From contig OZ245817.1 in NCBI GenBank assembly GCA_965228475.1, forward strand, positions 3,360,001 to 3,424,000: a stretch of 64,000 nucleotides of DNA, read 5' to 3'. The notes under the pieces were generated by a model. That model ran no database searches and was not told the DNA's origin. It worked only from the letters and a program-made list of their open reading frames with translations. A program made the translations under genes and the position numbers. This document shows positions 28,906 to 38,649 of the stretch, piece after piece (positions within the stretch are counted from its first letter, which is position 1; every line of letters starts with the position of its first letter). Source of the DNA: Myxococcota bacterium. GTDB lineage: Bacteria; Myxococcota_A; UBA9160; JAFDDA01.

Positions 28906-30195
28906 CTAGATCTCCTCGAGCTCCCGACTGCGGGTCTCGGGGAGGAAGAGCAGGATTCCCGAGACGAGGAGCGTCGCGCAGGCGAGGTAGGGAATGCTCT
29001 GGGCGAGGTCACCCTCGTTCGCGACGAACGGCGCCAGGGCGAACAGGCCGAGGGCGGAGGAGAGCACCTCGACGAGCAGCAGCCAACCCCCGGCCGTCGC
29101 GCGGTGCGCCGTCGGAAAGAGCTCCGTCGAGAACGCCCGGAGGATCATGCGGCCGCCCGAGGAAGTGAAGACGAACCCGACCCAGGCAAAGGGCACGACG
29201 TTCGCGGGCCCCCAGTAGAAGAGCGCCACCCAGGCCGGGAACAGGGCGTAGCAGACGCCTCCGACCCAGCGGCGCCCGAATCGGTCTCCGAGATGTCCGG
29301 CGACGACGTTCCCGACGATGCCGATCGCGCCACCGATGATGAACATGGCCGCGTACTCGCCCTTGGTCCAACCGAGGTACTTGATCGTGTGATAGGCGGT
29401 GAACTGGAAGGCGGCGACGCCCGCGAAACCCTGGATCGCCATCCCCGCGGCGACCGTCGCCAGCCGCCCCGAACTCTCCGCGAGCAGCCGGCGCATGGGC
29501 TCGAACCAACTCTCCGCGACGGCCCCGGAGGCGTCCTGGGCCTCGAAGCGCTCCGTCTCCGGGATCCGTCGGGCGAACACGCCGAGCAGGAGCAGCGGGA
29601 TCACGCCCACCCAATAGAGCGCCCGCCACTCGTAGGGCAGATGGTGCATCTGCGAGAAGAGCAGCGCCTCGATCGCGTAGCCCGTGGCCCCGACGGCCGC
29701 GAGCACCCCCATCCCCCAGCCCCGGCGTTCGGCCGGGAACTCCTCGGCCACGAGCACGTAGGCGACGGAGACGCCCGCCACGAAGGTCACGCGCACGAGC
29801 ATCTGGAAGAAGACGAAGCTCTCCATGCTCCAGGCGAAGCCGGTCGCGACGGTGGCCGCGGCGCTCGCCGCGAGGCTCGCGAGGAACGTCCGGCGGCGGC
29901 CGATCCGATCGCCGTAGACCACGAGCGGGAAGGCCAGGATCGCGCCGACCCGCACGACGCCGAGATAGGTCGGCAGGCTGCTCTCGGGAACTCCGAAGTA
30001 GGTCGCGATGAAGGGCAGGACCGAGGTGATCAGCGCGAGGTCGTACTCCTCGAAGATCAGCGCGGCGGCGACGGCGCCCAGCAGGGAGAGATGCTTGCGC
30101 TCGACGCCGGGCGGGATCTTCCCGAGGAAGGGCGGGATCCACCAGGGATTGGGCAGGGACTCGGGCGGGGCCGGCGTTGTCTGGCTGGCGGCCAA
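28906..30195 (-). CDS. MFS transporter
   Basis: GDRIGRR and GDRFGRR motif A, EEFPAERRG, ELFPTAHRA, LPET. Confidence 0.92.
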   Translation of the reverse strand: MAASQTTPAPPESLPNPWWIPPFLGKIPPGVERKHLSLLGAVAAALIFEEYDLALITSVLPFIATYFGVPESSLPTYLGVVRVGAILAFPLVVYGDRIGRRRTFLASLAASAAATVATGFAWSMESFVFFQMLVRVTFVAGVSVAYVLVAEEFPAERRGWGMGVLAAVGATGYAIEALLFSQMHHLPYEWRALYWVGVIPLLLLGVFARRIPETERFEAQDASGAVAESWFEPMRRLLAESSGRLATVAAGMAIQGFAGVAAFQFTAYHTIKYLGWTKGEYAAMFIIGGAIGIVGNVVAGHLGDRFGRRWVGGVCYALFPAWVALFYWGPANVVPFAWVGFVFTSSGGRMILRAFSTELFPTAHRATAGGWLLLVEVLSSALGLFALAPFVANEGDLAQSIPYLACATLLVSGILLFLPETRSRELEEI

Positions 30196-31428
30196 CTAGG
30201 CGAGGTCGCCGAAGCGCTGCCGCGTCTCGTCCTCGGAGAGGCCCGCAGCCTCGGCCAGCTTGGCGAGCGACGCCGGATCCGAAAGATCCGTCGCCTCGAT
30301 CCGGGTCTGCAGGGCCCGCGCGTTCGCGTAGGCATCCTCGCCCGTGTCGACCTCGCGGACCTGGGTCCGGCCGGTCGCCTCGTCGACGATCTCGCGGAAC
30401 GGGACCGGCACGATCGTGCCGTTCTGCCGGGTGATCATGGCGTCGCTCGTTCCGGCGAGGAGCGCCCGGACGGCGCCCACGCCGAGGTCGCGCGTGTAGT
30501 CGCGATCGAAGGCCGTCGGCGAGACGCAGCGCAGCTCGTAGCCGACGTCCTTCTCGCCGATCGCGACGGTGATCCCGCGCGAGGCCAGGGCTTCGGCGAC
30601 GGCAGTGCGCAGCACCTTGCCGAGCGGCACCTCGGCCAGCCGCACGTGGCCGTGCTCGTCGCGGGGGACGTCCTTCAGGATCGGATCCTCCGGGTCGAAG
30701 CGCTCGACGACGCCCTCGGCGACCACGGCGACGCCGTCGCGGTGGCCCTGAGCGAGCCGCTTCACGATCGAGCCCTCGAGCACGCGCACGACCTGATCGA
30801 TGCGGATGTGGCCCTCGGGGAACTCCTCGGGGATGACGGTGACGGTCGACCCGCCGGACTTCCCGGCGCCGAGCGCCAGATGCCCTGCGGTCCGCCCCAT
30901 CATGATCACGAAGAACCAGCGCCCGGTGGTCCGGCAGTCTTCGCCGATGGCCTCGACCACGGTCGCGGCGTGCTCGCGCGCGGTCTCGAAGCCGAAGGTC
31001 GGGACGCCCGGGGGCAGCGGCAGGTCGTTGTCGATGGTCTTCGGGACGTGGACCACGCGGATGCGGCCCCCGGCCACCTCGGCGACGCGGCGCGCCGAGA
31101 AGGAGGTGTCGTCGCCGCCGATCGTGATCAGGTGGTCGATGCCGAGCGCATCGAGGGATTCGACGACCCGGGCGAGGTCCGCCTCGTCCTTCGTCGGGTT
31201 GGCGCGCGACGTGTGGAGGATCGAGCCCCCGCGCAGGTGGATCTGGGAGACCTCGCCCGCCGAGAGCTCCCGGACGTGGCTCGTATCGCCGGCCATCAGC
31301 CAGCGGAAGCCATCGAGCAGGCCGATCACGCGGGCGCCGCTCGCCAGGGCGTGCTGCGCGGCCGAGCCGATCACCCCGTTGATTCCGGGGGCCGGCCCGC
31401 CGCCGACGACGATTCCGAACGTGGCCAT
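30196..31428 (-). CDS. pfp: Pyrophosphate-dependent phosphofructokinase
   Basis: GGPAPGIN, GGDD plus PKTIDND (Asp/Lys pair diagnostic of PPi use), MGRTAG, GYELRC. Confidence 0.88.
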   Translation of the reverse strand: MATFGIVVGGGPAPGINGVIGSAAQHALASGARVIGLLDGFRWLMAGDTSHVRELSAGEVSQIHLRGGSILHTSRANPTKDEADLARVVESLDALGIDHLITIGGDDTSFSARRVAEVAGGRIRVVHVPKTIDNDLPLPPGVPTFGFETAREHAATVVEAIGEDCRTTGRWFFVIMMGRTAGHLALGAGKSGGSTVTVIPEEFPEGHIRIDQVVRVLEGSIVKRLAQGHRDGVAVVAEGVVERFDPEDPILKDVPRDEHGHVRLAEVPLGKVLRTAVAEALASRGITVAIGEKDVGYELRCVSPTAFDRDYTRDLGVGAVRALLAGTSDAMITRQNGTIVPVPFREIVDEATGRTQVREVDTGEDAYANARALQTRIEATDLSDPASLAKLAEAAGLSEDETRQRFGDLA

Positions 31429-31474
31429 GGACACTCCTTCTCTGCGCCGGGCGAGGACTGTACCATGCCCCGTG

Positions 31475-32218
31475 ATGAACGCCGTCGGCCTGATCCCCGC
31501 GCGCTACGCAGCCCAGCGCTTCCCCGGAAAGCCCCTCGCGCCGATCGCCGGCAAGCCGATGCTCCAGCACGTCTACGAGGGCGCACGGCAGGCGAAGCGG
31601 CTGCGCGAGGTGGTCGTGGCCACCGACGACGAGCGGATCGCCGCGGCCTGCAGCGAATTCGGCGCACCCTGTGTGATGACCTCTCCCGACCACCCGACCG
31701 GGACGGACCGCCTGGCCGAAGCGGCCGCCGCCCTCGAAGGCGACGTGATCGTGAACATCCAGGGCGACGAGCCGCTGATCGAGGGCTTCGTGATCGACGC
31801 CGCCGTCGAGGCGCTCGCCGCCGACCCCGGTGCCGTGATGTCGACCCTCGTCCACGAAGCCGAGCCGAGCGCCCTGGCCGACCCGAACCGCGTGAAGGTC
31901 GTCCTCGACCAGCGGGGCCGGGCGCTCTGGTTCTCGCGAGCCTGCATCCCGCTCCTGCGCGAGACGAACGACCCGGCGGCGGAGCCCGTCTGGTGGCAGC
32001 ACGTCGGCCTCTACGTCTACCGCCGCGAGTTCCTGCTCGAGTTCGTGACGCTCGCCCAGACCCCGGCCGAACGGGCCGAAGGGCTCGAACAGCTGCGCGC
32101 CCTCGAACACGGCCACGCCATCCGCGCCGCGATCCTCGAAGGCTGGCAGAGCCGCGCCGTCGACGTGCCGGGCGACGTCGACGAGGTCGAGCGGGCGCTC
32201 CGGGAACGCGGCGCGTGA
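31475..32218 (+). CDS. kdsB: 3-deoxy-manno-octulosonate cytidylyltransferase
   Basis: IPARYAAQRFPGKPLA, TGTDR, NIQGDEP, HVGLYVY, LEQLRALE; start GTG 31472 or ATG 31475. Confidence 0.96.
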   Translation: MNAVGLIPARYAAQRFPGKPLAPIAGKPMLQHVYEGARQAKRLREVVVATDDERIAAACSEFGAPCVMTSPDHPTGTDRLAEAAAALEGDVIVNIQGDEPLIEGFVIDAAVEALAADPGAVMSTLVHEAEPSALADPNRVKVVLDQRGRALWFSRACIPLLRETNDPAAEPVWWQHVGLYVYRREFLLEFVTLAQTPAERAEGLEQLRALEHGHAIRAAILEGWQSRAVDVPGDVDEVERALRERGA

Positions 32219-33150
32219 GCGAGGAGAAGCTCGATGCGAGGACCGTCCGCGAGCTCGGGCGGCGCTACTCGAACTGGGGCCGCTGGGGCCCGGACGACGA
32301 GTTCGGCACGCTGAACCATCTGACCCCGGAGCGGGTGCTCGCCGCGACGAAGCTCCCGCGCAGCGGCGAGGTGTTCTCCCTCGGCCTGCCCTTCGAGGCG
32401 GACGGCCCGGCCCGCGGCCGCCGCTTCAATCCGATCCACACCATGCTCGTGGACGGCGGCGACGCCCAGGAGCACCCGGGCGGCTTTGGCTACGCAGACG
32501 ACGCCATCCACATGCCGACCCAGTGCGCGACCCAGTGGGACGCGCTCTCCCACGTCTTCTACGACGGGAAGATGTACAACGATCGCGACGCGGCGCTCGT
32601 CTCGAGCAGCGGCGCGGCCGCCAACGGCATCGAGAAGCTCGCCCGGGGCGTCGTCGGGCGCGGCGTGCTGCTCGACGTCGCGCGGCATCGCCGGGTCGGC
32701 CATCTCGAGGATGGGGAAGCCATCCTCCCGGAGGAGCTCGACGCCTGCGCCGAGGACCAGGGCGTGACGGTCGGGCCGGGCGACGTCGTTCTCGTCCGGA
32801 CGGGCAAGCTCGGACGGCATCGGAGCCAGGGTTCCTGGGACGGCTACGTCGGCCCGTCACCGGGGCTCTCGCTCCGCTGCGCGCGATGGCTCTTCGAGCG
32901 AGAGATCGCGGCGGTCGCCACCGATACGTTCTGCGTGGAGGTCCACCCCGCCGAGACACCGGACTGTGTCATGCCGCTCCACATGGTGAGCCTGCGCAAC
33001 ACCGGGCTCCTGCTCGGCGAGATGTTCGTGCTCGACGCCCTCGCCGAGGCCTGCGCGGCCGACGGCGACCACGCGTTCCTCTTCACCGCCCCGCCGCTCC
33101 CGATCACCGGCGGCGTCGGCTCGCCGATCAACCCCCTGGCGATCAAGTAG
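32215..33150 (+). CDS. Cyclase family (kynurenine formamidase-like) hydrolase
   Basis: SNWGRWGPDDEFGTLN, QCATQWDALSH, GRGVLLD, GSPINPLAIK. Confidence 0.9.
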   Translation: MSEEKLDARTVRELGRRYSNWGRWGPDDEFGTLNHLTPERVLAATKLPRSGEVFSLGLPFEADGPARGRRFNPIHTMLVDGGDAQEHPGGFGYADDAIHMPTQCATQWDALSHVFYDGKMYNDRDAALVSSSGAAANGIEKLARGVVGRGVLLDVARHRRVGHLEDGEAILPEELDACAEDQGVTVGPGDVVLVRTGKLGRHRSQGSWDGYVGPSPGLSLRCARWLFEREIAAVATDTFCVEVHPAETPDCVMPLHMVSLRNTGLLLGEMFVLDALAEACAADGDHAFLFTAPPLPITGGVGSPINPLAIK

Positions 33151-33221
33151 TGGCCGCCCGCCGACCTTCTCGCGGACGGGCCGCGGGCGCCGAGCCCCCT
33201 GCCCCGCCGGCGCCCCCGGAC

Positions 33222-35726
33222 ATGGGGCGCCTCCTCCAGCTCGCGCCGCTCTTCCTGCTCTCCGGGGCCAGCGCCCTGCTCGCCGAGACGGTCTGGCTGC
33301 GCTGGCTGCGCGATCTCCTCGGGGCAACGGCCCCGGCCGCCTCTGCGACCCTGCTCGCCTTCTTCGCGGGCCACGCCCTCGGCGCGCTCGTGGCGGCGCG
33401 CCTCGCACGCCGCTGGCGACGCCCGCTCCGCGCCTACGCGATCATCGAAGCGCTCGCGACGCTCGGCGTCCTCGCCGTCCCGGTCCTCCTCGGAATCGGC
33501 GAGGGCCTCATGGATGGCTCCTACGACGCCCTGCGCACGCAGCCGACGCTGCTCGTCGCCCTGCGCTTCGGCGTCGCACTCCTGGCCACGCTCCCGGCGT
33601 CGATCGCGTTCGGCGCGAGCTTCCCGGCCATCGGCGGCGCCGCGGCCCGGGAAGGCGGCCGGATCGGACGCGCCGGATCGATTCTCTACGCGGTGAACCT
33701 GCTCGGCGCCGCCGCGGGCGCCGCCGCGGGCGCGTTCTGGATCCCGGACGCCTTCGGCGTACGCGCCGCCTGGCTCTGCGGCGCCGTCCTCTCCGCCCTC
33801 GCGGCCGTCGGCGCGTTCGTGATCTCTGCGCGGGACGAACCCCGGGAACCGATCGCGGAGGGGGCCGACGCGGGATCGCTCGGGGCGGGCCCGCCCGCCC
33901 TCGCCGCCCTCTCGGGTTTCGGAACGCTGGCGAGCCAGGTCCTGCTCGTCCAGGCCTTCGCCCAGGTCATGAACCAATCCGTCTACGCGTTCGGGACGGT
34001 GCTGGTCGTCGTGCTCGGCGCCCTGGCCCTCGGCGCGGCCGCCGCCGCGGCCCTCGTACGGCGCGTCCATCCCGCTCCGCGGGCGGCGGGCTTCGTCGCG
34101 GTCGCCGCCGCGCTGACCCTCGTCGCCTTCCCCGGCTCGTTCTACGCGCTGAGCGACGGGCTCGAGTTCGCGGGCGTCGGTGCGCCCTGGCCCCGCTACC
34201 TCTTCGAGTGCCTCGGCATGGCGGCCCTCGGCGCCGGTCCGCTGCTCTTCGCGGGCGGCATGATCTTTCCGCTCTCGCTCTCCTGGGCGGCCGAGCGGCG
34301 GCCCGAGGCGGCGAGCGGCGACCTGCTCGGCAGGCTCGTCGTCGCGAACACGGCCGGGGCCATGGCGGGCGCACTCGCGGCACCCTACTGGCTGCTCCCG
34401 ACGCTCGGCCTCTGGGGCGCCTTCGCCGGCGTCGCGGGGGGCTACCTCGCCGCCGTGTTCCTGATCCCGGACCCGAACGACGGCGTGCGCCGCCTCCGGG
34501 TACTGGCCCTCGTCGCGGGCTGGGCCAGCTGCTTCTCCCTCGCTTCGCCCCTCGAAGTGCCCCAGATGCGCCTGGCCGAGGGGGAGACGGCAATCGAGGC
34601 GCGCACCACGCCGGGCGGCATCGTCGCGGTCATCGAGAGCCGCGGCGAGCGGCTCATCCGCACGGACAACCACTACTCCCTCGGCGGCACGGCGGAGATC
34701 GTCCACCAGGAACGCCAGGGGCACCTGCCCCTGCTCCTGCACCCGACCGCGCGCTCGGCGGTCCATGCCGGCTCGGCGAGCGGCATCAGCGCCGGCGCCC
34801 TGCTGGCCCACCCGCTCGAGCGGATCCACCTGGTGGAGATCCTCCCGGAGGTCGCCCGTGCCGGCGCGCGCCACTTCGCCGACGCCAACCGCGGCGTCCA
34901 CACGGACCCGCGCGTCGAGGTCGTCGTCGACGACGCGCGCAACTTCCTCGCGCGCACGAGCGAGCGCTTCGACGTCGTGATCGCGGACCTCTACGTCCCC
35001 TGGCGATCGGGAACCGCCGCGCTCTACACGCGCGAGCACTTCGAGGCGGTCCGGGAGCGGCTCGCACCGGGCGGGCTCTTCTGCCAGTGGCTCCCGCTCT
35101 ACCAGCTCGGGGGCGAGGAGTTCCACGTCATCCTCGCCACCTTCCTCGACGCCTTCCCGAACGCGGGCCTCTTCCGCGGGGATTTCTACGGCCGCTTCCC
35201 GATCGTCGCCCTGGTGGGCTGGCGGGATGCGCTGGCGAGCGCGGCGGCCGTCGAGGCCGCGGTGCGCCGACTCGCGGCGCGGGGCGAACGCGACCGCTGG
35301 GTGACCGACCCGGCCGGCTTCTGGAGCCTCTACGCGGGGGCCCTCGGCCCACTCGTGCCGTCCCTCGTCCCGACGCCGCGCAACACGACCGATCACCCGG
35401 CCCTGCAGTACCTCGCGGCCCGCAACCACCGCGGCGGAAGGGCCGGCCTCGCCGATCCCTACGTCGCGATCGAATGGCAGCGCTTCGTCGACGGCGTGCG
35501 CACGGCCTCGCTCACGGGAGACCCGCTCTTCCCGGGCCTCGGGCCCGAGGCCAAGCGCGCCTCGGCAGCGGGCGCGGCGCTCCAGATGGCCGGGGCGCTC
35601 TGGGTGGAGGGCCGGTCCGGGGAGGCGGCGCGGGCGCTCACCGTCGCTGCGGAGCTTCTTCCCCCGCACCTGCTCGCCCAGGCGGAAGCCGACCCGACGG
35701 CCGCGGAACTCTGGCCCGACGAATGA
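33222..35726 (+). CDS. Fused MFS-like membrane domain / spermidine-synthase-like methyltransferase
   Basis: LSGASALLAETVW, LYAVNLLGA, VEILPEV, DDARNFL, FDVVIAD, LAPGGLFCQWLP; alternative GTG start at 33150. Confidence 0.85.
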   Translation: MGRLLQLAPLFLLSGASALLAETVWLRWLRDLLGATAPAASATLLAFFAGHALGALVAARLARRWRRPLRAYAIIEALATLGVLAVPVLLGIGEGLMDGSYDALRTQPTLLVALRFGVALLATLPASIAFGASFPAIGGAAAREGGRIGRAGSILYAVNLLGAAAGAAAGAFWIPDAFGVRAAWLCGAVLSALAAVGAFVISARDEPREPIAEGADAGSLGAGPPALAALSGFGTLASQVLLVQAFAQVMNQSVYAFGTVLVVVLGALALGAAAAAALVRRVHPAPRAAGFVAVAAALTLVAFPGSFYALSDGLEFAGVGAPWPRYLFECLGMAALGAGPLLFAGGMIFPLSLSWAAERRPEAASGDLLGRLVVANTAGAMAGALAAPYWLLPTLGLWGAFAGVAGGYLAAVFLIPDPNDGVRRLRVLALVAGWASCFSLASPLEVPQMRLAEGETAIEARTTPGGIVAVIESRGERLIRTDNHYSLGGTAEIVHQERQGHLPLLLHPTARSAVHAGSASGISAGALLAHPLERIHLVEILPEVARAGARHFADANRGVHTDPRVEVVVDDARNFLARTSERFDVVIADLYVPWRSGTAALYTREHFEAVRERLAPGGLFCQWLPLYQLGGEEFHVILATFLDAFPNAGLFRGDFYGRFPIVALVGWRDALASAAAVEAAVRRLAARGERDRWVTDPAGFWSLYAGALGPLVPSLVPTPRNTTDHPALQYLAARNHRGGRAGLADPYVAIEWQRFVDGVRTASLTGDPLFPGLGPEAKRASAAGAALQMAGALWVEGRSGEAARALTVAAELLPPHLLAQAEADPTAAELWPDE

Positions 35727-35753
35727 CCGGGGCGCGGTTCCGCGCCGAAGCCC

Positions 35754-37355
35754 TCAGCCCTTGATCCGGCTCGTCTCGCTCGCCCACTCCTTCTCGCGCA
35801 GGCGGAACTTCTGGATCTTGCCGGTGCTCGTCTTCGGCAGCTCGCCGAACTCGATGGCCTTCGGGCACTTGAAGTGGGCGAGGCGGTCGCGCGTGAACTC
35901 GATCAGCTCCGCCTCCGACAGGCTCGCGCCCTCGCGCAGGGTCACGAAAGCCTTGGGCACCTCGCCCCACTTCTCGTGGGGCATCGCGATCACCGCCGCT
36001 TCCAGGACGTCCGGGTGCTGCACGACGGTGTGCTCGACCTCGATCGTCGAGATGTTCTCCCCGCCGCTGATGATGATGTCCTTCTTGCGGTCGCGCAGCT
36101 CGATGTAGCCGTCGGGGTGGAGGACGCCGATGTCGCCCGAGTGGAACCAGCCGCCGCGGAAGGCCTCCTCGGTGGCCGGCTCGTCCTCGAAGTAGCCCTT
36201 CATCACGTTGTTCCCGCGCATGACCACCTCGCCCATGGTCTCCGCGTCGGCCGGCACGTCGTTCATCTCGGCGTCGACGACGCGCAGATGCGTGGCGTGG
36301 TGGAAGGGCACGCCCTGGCGCGCCAGGTACTGGGCCTTGGTCGGGATGTCGAGGGTCTCCCACTCGGGCTGGAGTTCACAGTAGACGTGGGGCCCGTAGG
36401 TCTCGGTGAGCCCGTAGAGGTGACAGATGCGGACGCCCATCTCTTCCATGCGCGCCAGCAGCGTCGGCGAAGGCGGTGCGCCGCCCGTGGCGACGCGGAT
36501 CTCGGGGTCGAAACGGATCCCCTCCGCTTCGGGTGCCTCGGCGAGCATGAGGAGCACCGTTGGCGCCCCGTTGAAGTGGGTGACCCGCTCCGCCTCGACG
36601 AGTTCGAGGATGCGCGGCGGGTCGACGGCCCGCAGCATCACGTGCTTGCCGCCGGCGCCGGTCACGGCCCACGGAAAGCACCAGCCGTTGCAGTGGAAGA
36701 GTGGCAGCGTCCACAGGAAGGTCGAGTCCCGCTCCAGCCGGTGGACGACCATCTCGCCGAGAGCGTTCAGCATGGCGCCGCGGTGGGTGTACATGACGCC
36801 CTTCGGGCGCCCCGTCGTTCCCGACGTGTAGTTGATCGAGAGGACGCGCTCCTCGTCGTCGAGGTCGTTCTGGATCGGGAGGACCTCGGCGCCTTCGACG
36901 AACTCGGTGTAGCGGGGGCCGTCGAGCGGCGTCCCGAGCACGCCCGCCTCCGGGTCCTCCACGTTCACGAGGGTCGGCCGCGCCGCCAGCGGCTCCGGGC
37001 CGTCGCTCACGCGGTCCGCGAGCTCCGGGTCCGCGAAGACGATCTTCGCGCCGGAGTGGTTCAGGATGTAGTTCACCTCGGCCGGGTTCAGCCGGGTATT
37101 GATCGCGACGAGCACGCCGCGCACCAGGGGCACGGCGAAGTGGGCGGCCAGCAGGGCCGGAACGTTCGGCGCCAGGAAGGCCACGCGGTCGCCCGGCTCG
37201 ACGCCAGCGCGAACGAGCGCACCCGCCAGCCGGCCGACCTCCCGGGCGAAGTCTTCGTAGCTCCAACGCAGGTCACCGTGGACGACCGCCGTCTTCTTCG
37301 GGAAGACGCGCAGGGTCCGCTCGAGCAGCACGATCGGGGAGAGTTCGTCTCGCAT
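35754..37355 (-). CDS. Acyl-CoA synthetase / AMP-binding protein
   Basis: YTSGTTGRPKG, FHCNGW, YGLTE, SGD, DRKKDIIISGGEN, PKTSTGKIQK. Confidence 0.95.
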   Translation of the reverse strand: MRDELSPIVLLERTLRVFPKKTAVVHGDLRWSYEDFAREVGRLAGALVRAGVEPGDRVAFLAPNVPALLAAHFAVPLVRGVLVAINTRLNPAEVNYILNHSGAKIVFADPELADRVSDGPEPLAARPTLVNVEDPEAGVLGTPLDGPRYTEFVEGAEVLPIQNDLDDEERVLSINYTSGTTGRPKGVMYTHRGAMLNALGEMVVHRLERDSTFLWTLPLFHCNGWCFPWAVTGAGGKHVMLRAVDPPRILELVEAERVTHFNGAPTVLLMLAEAPEAEGIRFDPEIRVATGGAPPSPTLLARMEEMGVRICHLYGLTETYGPHVYCELQPEWETLDIPTKAQYLARQGVPFHHATHLRVVDAEMNDVPADAETMGEVVMRGNNVMKGYFEDEPATEEAFRGGWFHSGDIGVLHPDGYIELRDRKKDIIISGGENISTIEVEHTVVQHPDVLEAAVIAMPHEKWGEVPKAFVTLREGASLSEAELIEFTRDRLAHFKCPKAIEFGELPKTSTGKIQKFRLREKEWASETSRIKG

Positions 37356-37391
37356 GCCGGGATCCTAGACTCTTGAGGGGGAGAGCCGGGC

Positions 37392-37446
37392 AAAAGAAAG
37401 CCCCGGAGGCGGTTTCAGCGGCTACGACGTCCGCACCTCCGGGGCC
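37392..37446 (-). terminator. Intrinsic terminator on the minus strand
   Basis: Minus strand GCCCCGGAGG...CCTCCGGGGC followed by TTTCTTTT. Confidence 0.8.
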
Positions 37447-37501
37447 GGTAGACTGGGAACAGCGTCCCAACCACACCTGGATCAAGGATTCGATGTGGCG
37501 T

Positions 37502-37546
37502 CTAGGACGCGTCCACCTCACTCGCCGTAGTTCTACATTGAGACAC
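37502..37546 (-). CDS. Putative 14-aa small ORF / leader peptide MSQCRTTASEVDAS
   Basis: GGAGGTGA SD (37551-37558), 4 nt, GTG; TAG within a hairpin; terminator downstream. Confidence 0.5.
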   Translation of the reverse strand: MSQCRTTASEVDAS

Positions 37547-37766
37547 CGAATCACCTCCATCCCGGCGTGGTCATTTTCCAGCGAGGCCCAGACCTCGCGT
37601 CGGAACCCGGGTGCGGGGCGGTCGCCGAGCCCGCCCCTCCGAGCTGCCCCGACCCGGCCCGCCCACTGCGAACCGTCCGGGACTCGGGGGTGAGTGAACC
37701 CCCTCACACGGCAACTTATCGGACGACCGGGGGAGGCGCGAGAACGGAATGCTAGACTGCGGCGCC

Positions 37767-38639
37767 ATGACGCAGCGCACCGAACCCTCTAACACCGCGA
37801 TTCTGCTGGTTTCTTGCCCCGATCGGCCGGGCATCGTCGCCGCCCTGGCACAGCTTCTTTACGGGCACGGCGCGAACATCCTGGCCGCCGATCAGCACAC
37901 GGACGCCGCCGCGGGCATGTTCTTCCAGCGCATCCGCTTCGACTACGCCGGTCTCCACACCGACCGGCAGACCCTCGAACGCGCCATCGCCGAGGTCGCG
38001 GAGCGCTTCGAGATGGACTTCGAGCTCTCCTACACGGGCCAGCCCAAGCGGGTGGCGATCTTCGTTTCGAAGTACGAGCACTGCCTCTACGACCTCCTCC
38101 TGCGTCACCGCTCCGGGGAGCTCGCCTGCGAGATCCCGCTGATCGTGAGCAACCATCCGGACCTCGCCCCCGTGGCCGAGGACTTCGGGCTCCCCTACCA
38201 CGTCTTCCCGATCACGCGGGAGACCAAGCGCGATCAGGAGAAGGCCGAGCTCGAACTCCTGCGCGAGCACGACGTCGACCTCGTGGTCATGGCCCGCTAC
38301 ATGCAGATCCTCTCCTCGGAATTCATCGACGAGATGCCGGGGCGCATCATCAACATCCATCACTCGTTCCTGCCCGCCTTCCAGGGCGGGAAGCCCTACC
38401 ACCAGGCGCTCGAGCGCGGCGTGAAGCTGATCGGCGCCACCGCCCACTACGCGACCACCGATCTCGACGAGGGCCCGATCATCGCCCAGGACGTCGTGCG
38501 GACCTCCCACCGCGATTCGGTGAAGGACCTGATCCGCAAGGGGCGCGACGTCGAGCGCACGGCCCTGGCGAGCGCCGTGCGCTGGCACCTCGAAGACCGG
38601 GTGATCGTCTTCCAGAACAAGACCGTCGTCTTCGCGTGA
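37767..38639 (+). CDS. purU: Formyltetrahydrofolate deformylase
   Basis: ACT domain CPDRPGIV, ARYMQILS, INIHHSFLPAF, DLDEGPII, NKTVVF. Confidence 0.97.
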   Translation: MTQRTEPSNTAILLVSCPDRPGIVAALAQLLYGHGANILAADQHTDAAAGMFFQRIRFDYAGLHTDRQTLERAIAEVAERFEMDFELSYTGQPKRVAIFVSKYEHCLYDLLLRHRSGELACEIPLIVSNHPDLAPVAEDFGLPYHVFPITRETKRDQEKAELELLREHDVDLVVMARYMQILSSEFIDEMPGRIINIHHSFLPAFQGGKPYHQALERGVKLIGATAHYATTDLDEGPIIAQDVVRTSHRDSVKDLIRKGRDVERTALASAVRWHLEDRVIVFQNKTVVFA

Positions 38640-38649
38640 GGAGCCTGCG

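Noticed and set aside
28645..33150. 1501-aa ORF, and similar apparent fusions at 7476-10382, 24844-28158, 32523-35726 and 53513-56446
   Set aside because: Only the C-terminal parts are real genes, with internal starts; the upstream parts overlap other genes.
37686..37703. GGGGGTGA resembling a tmRNA 5' end
   Set aside because: No following TTCGAC, tag reading frame or tRNA-like 3' end; it is part of a local hairpin.
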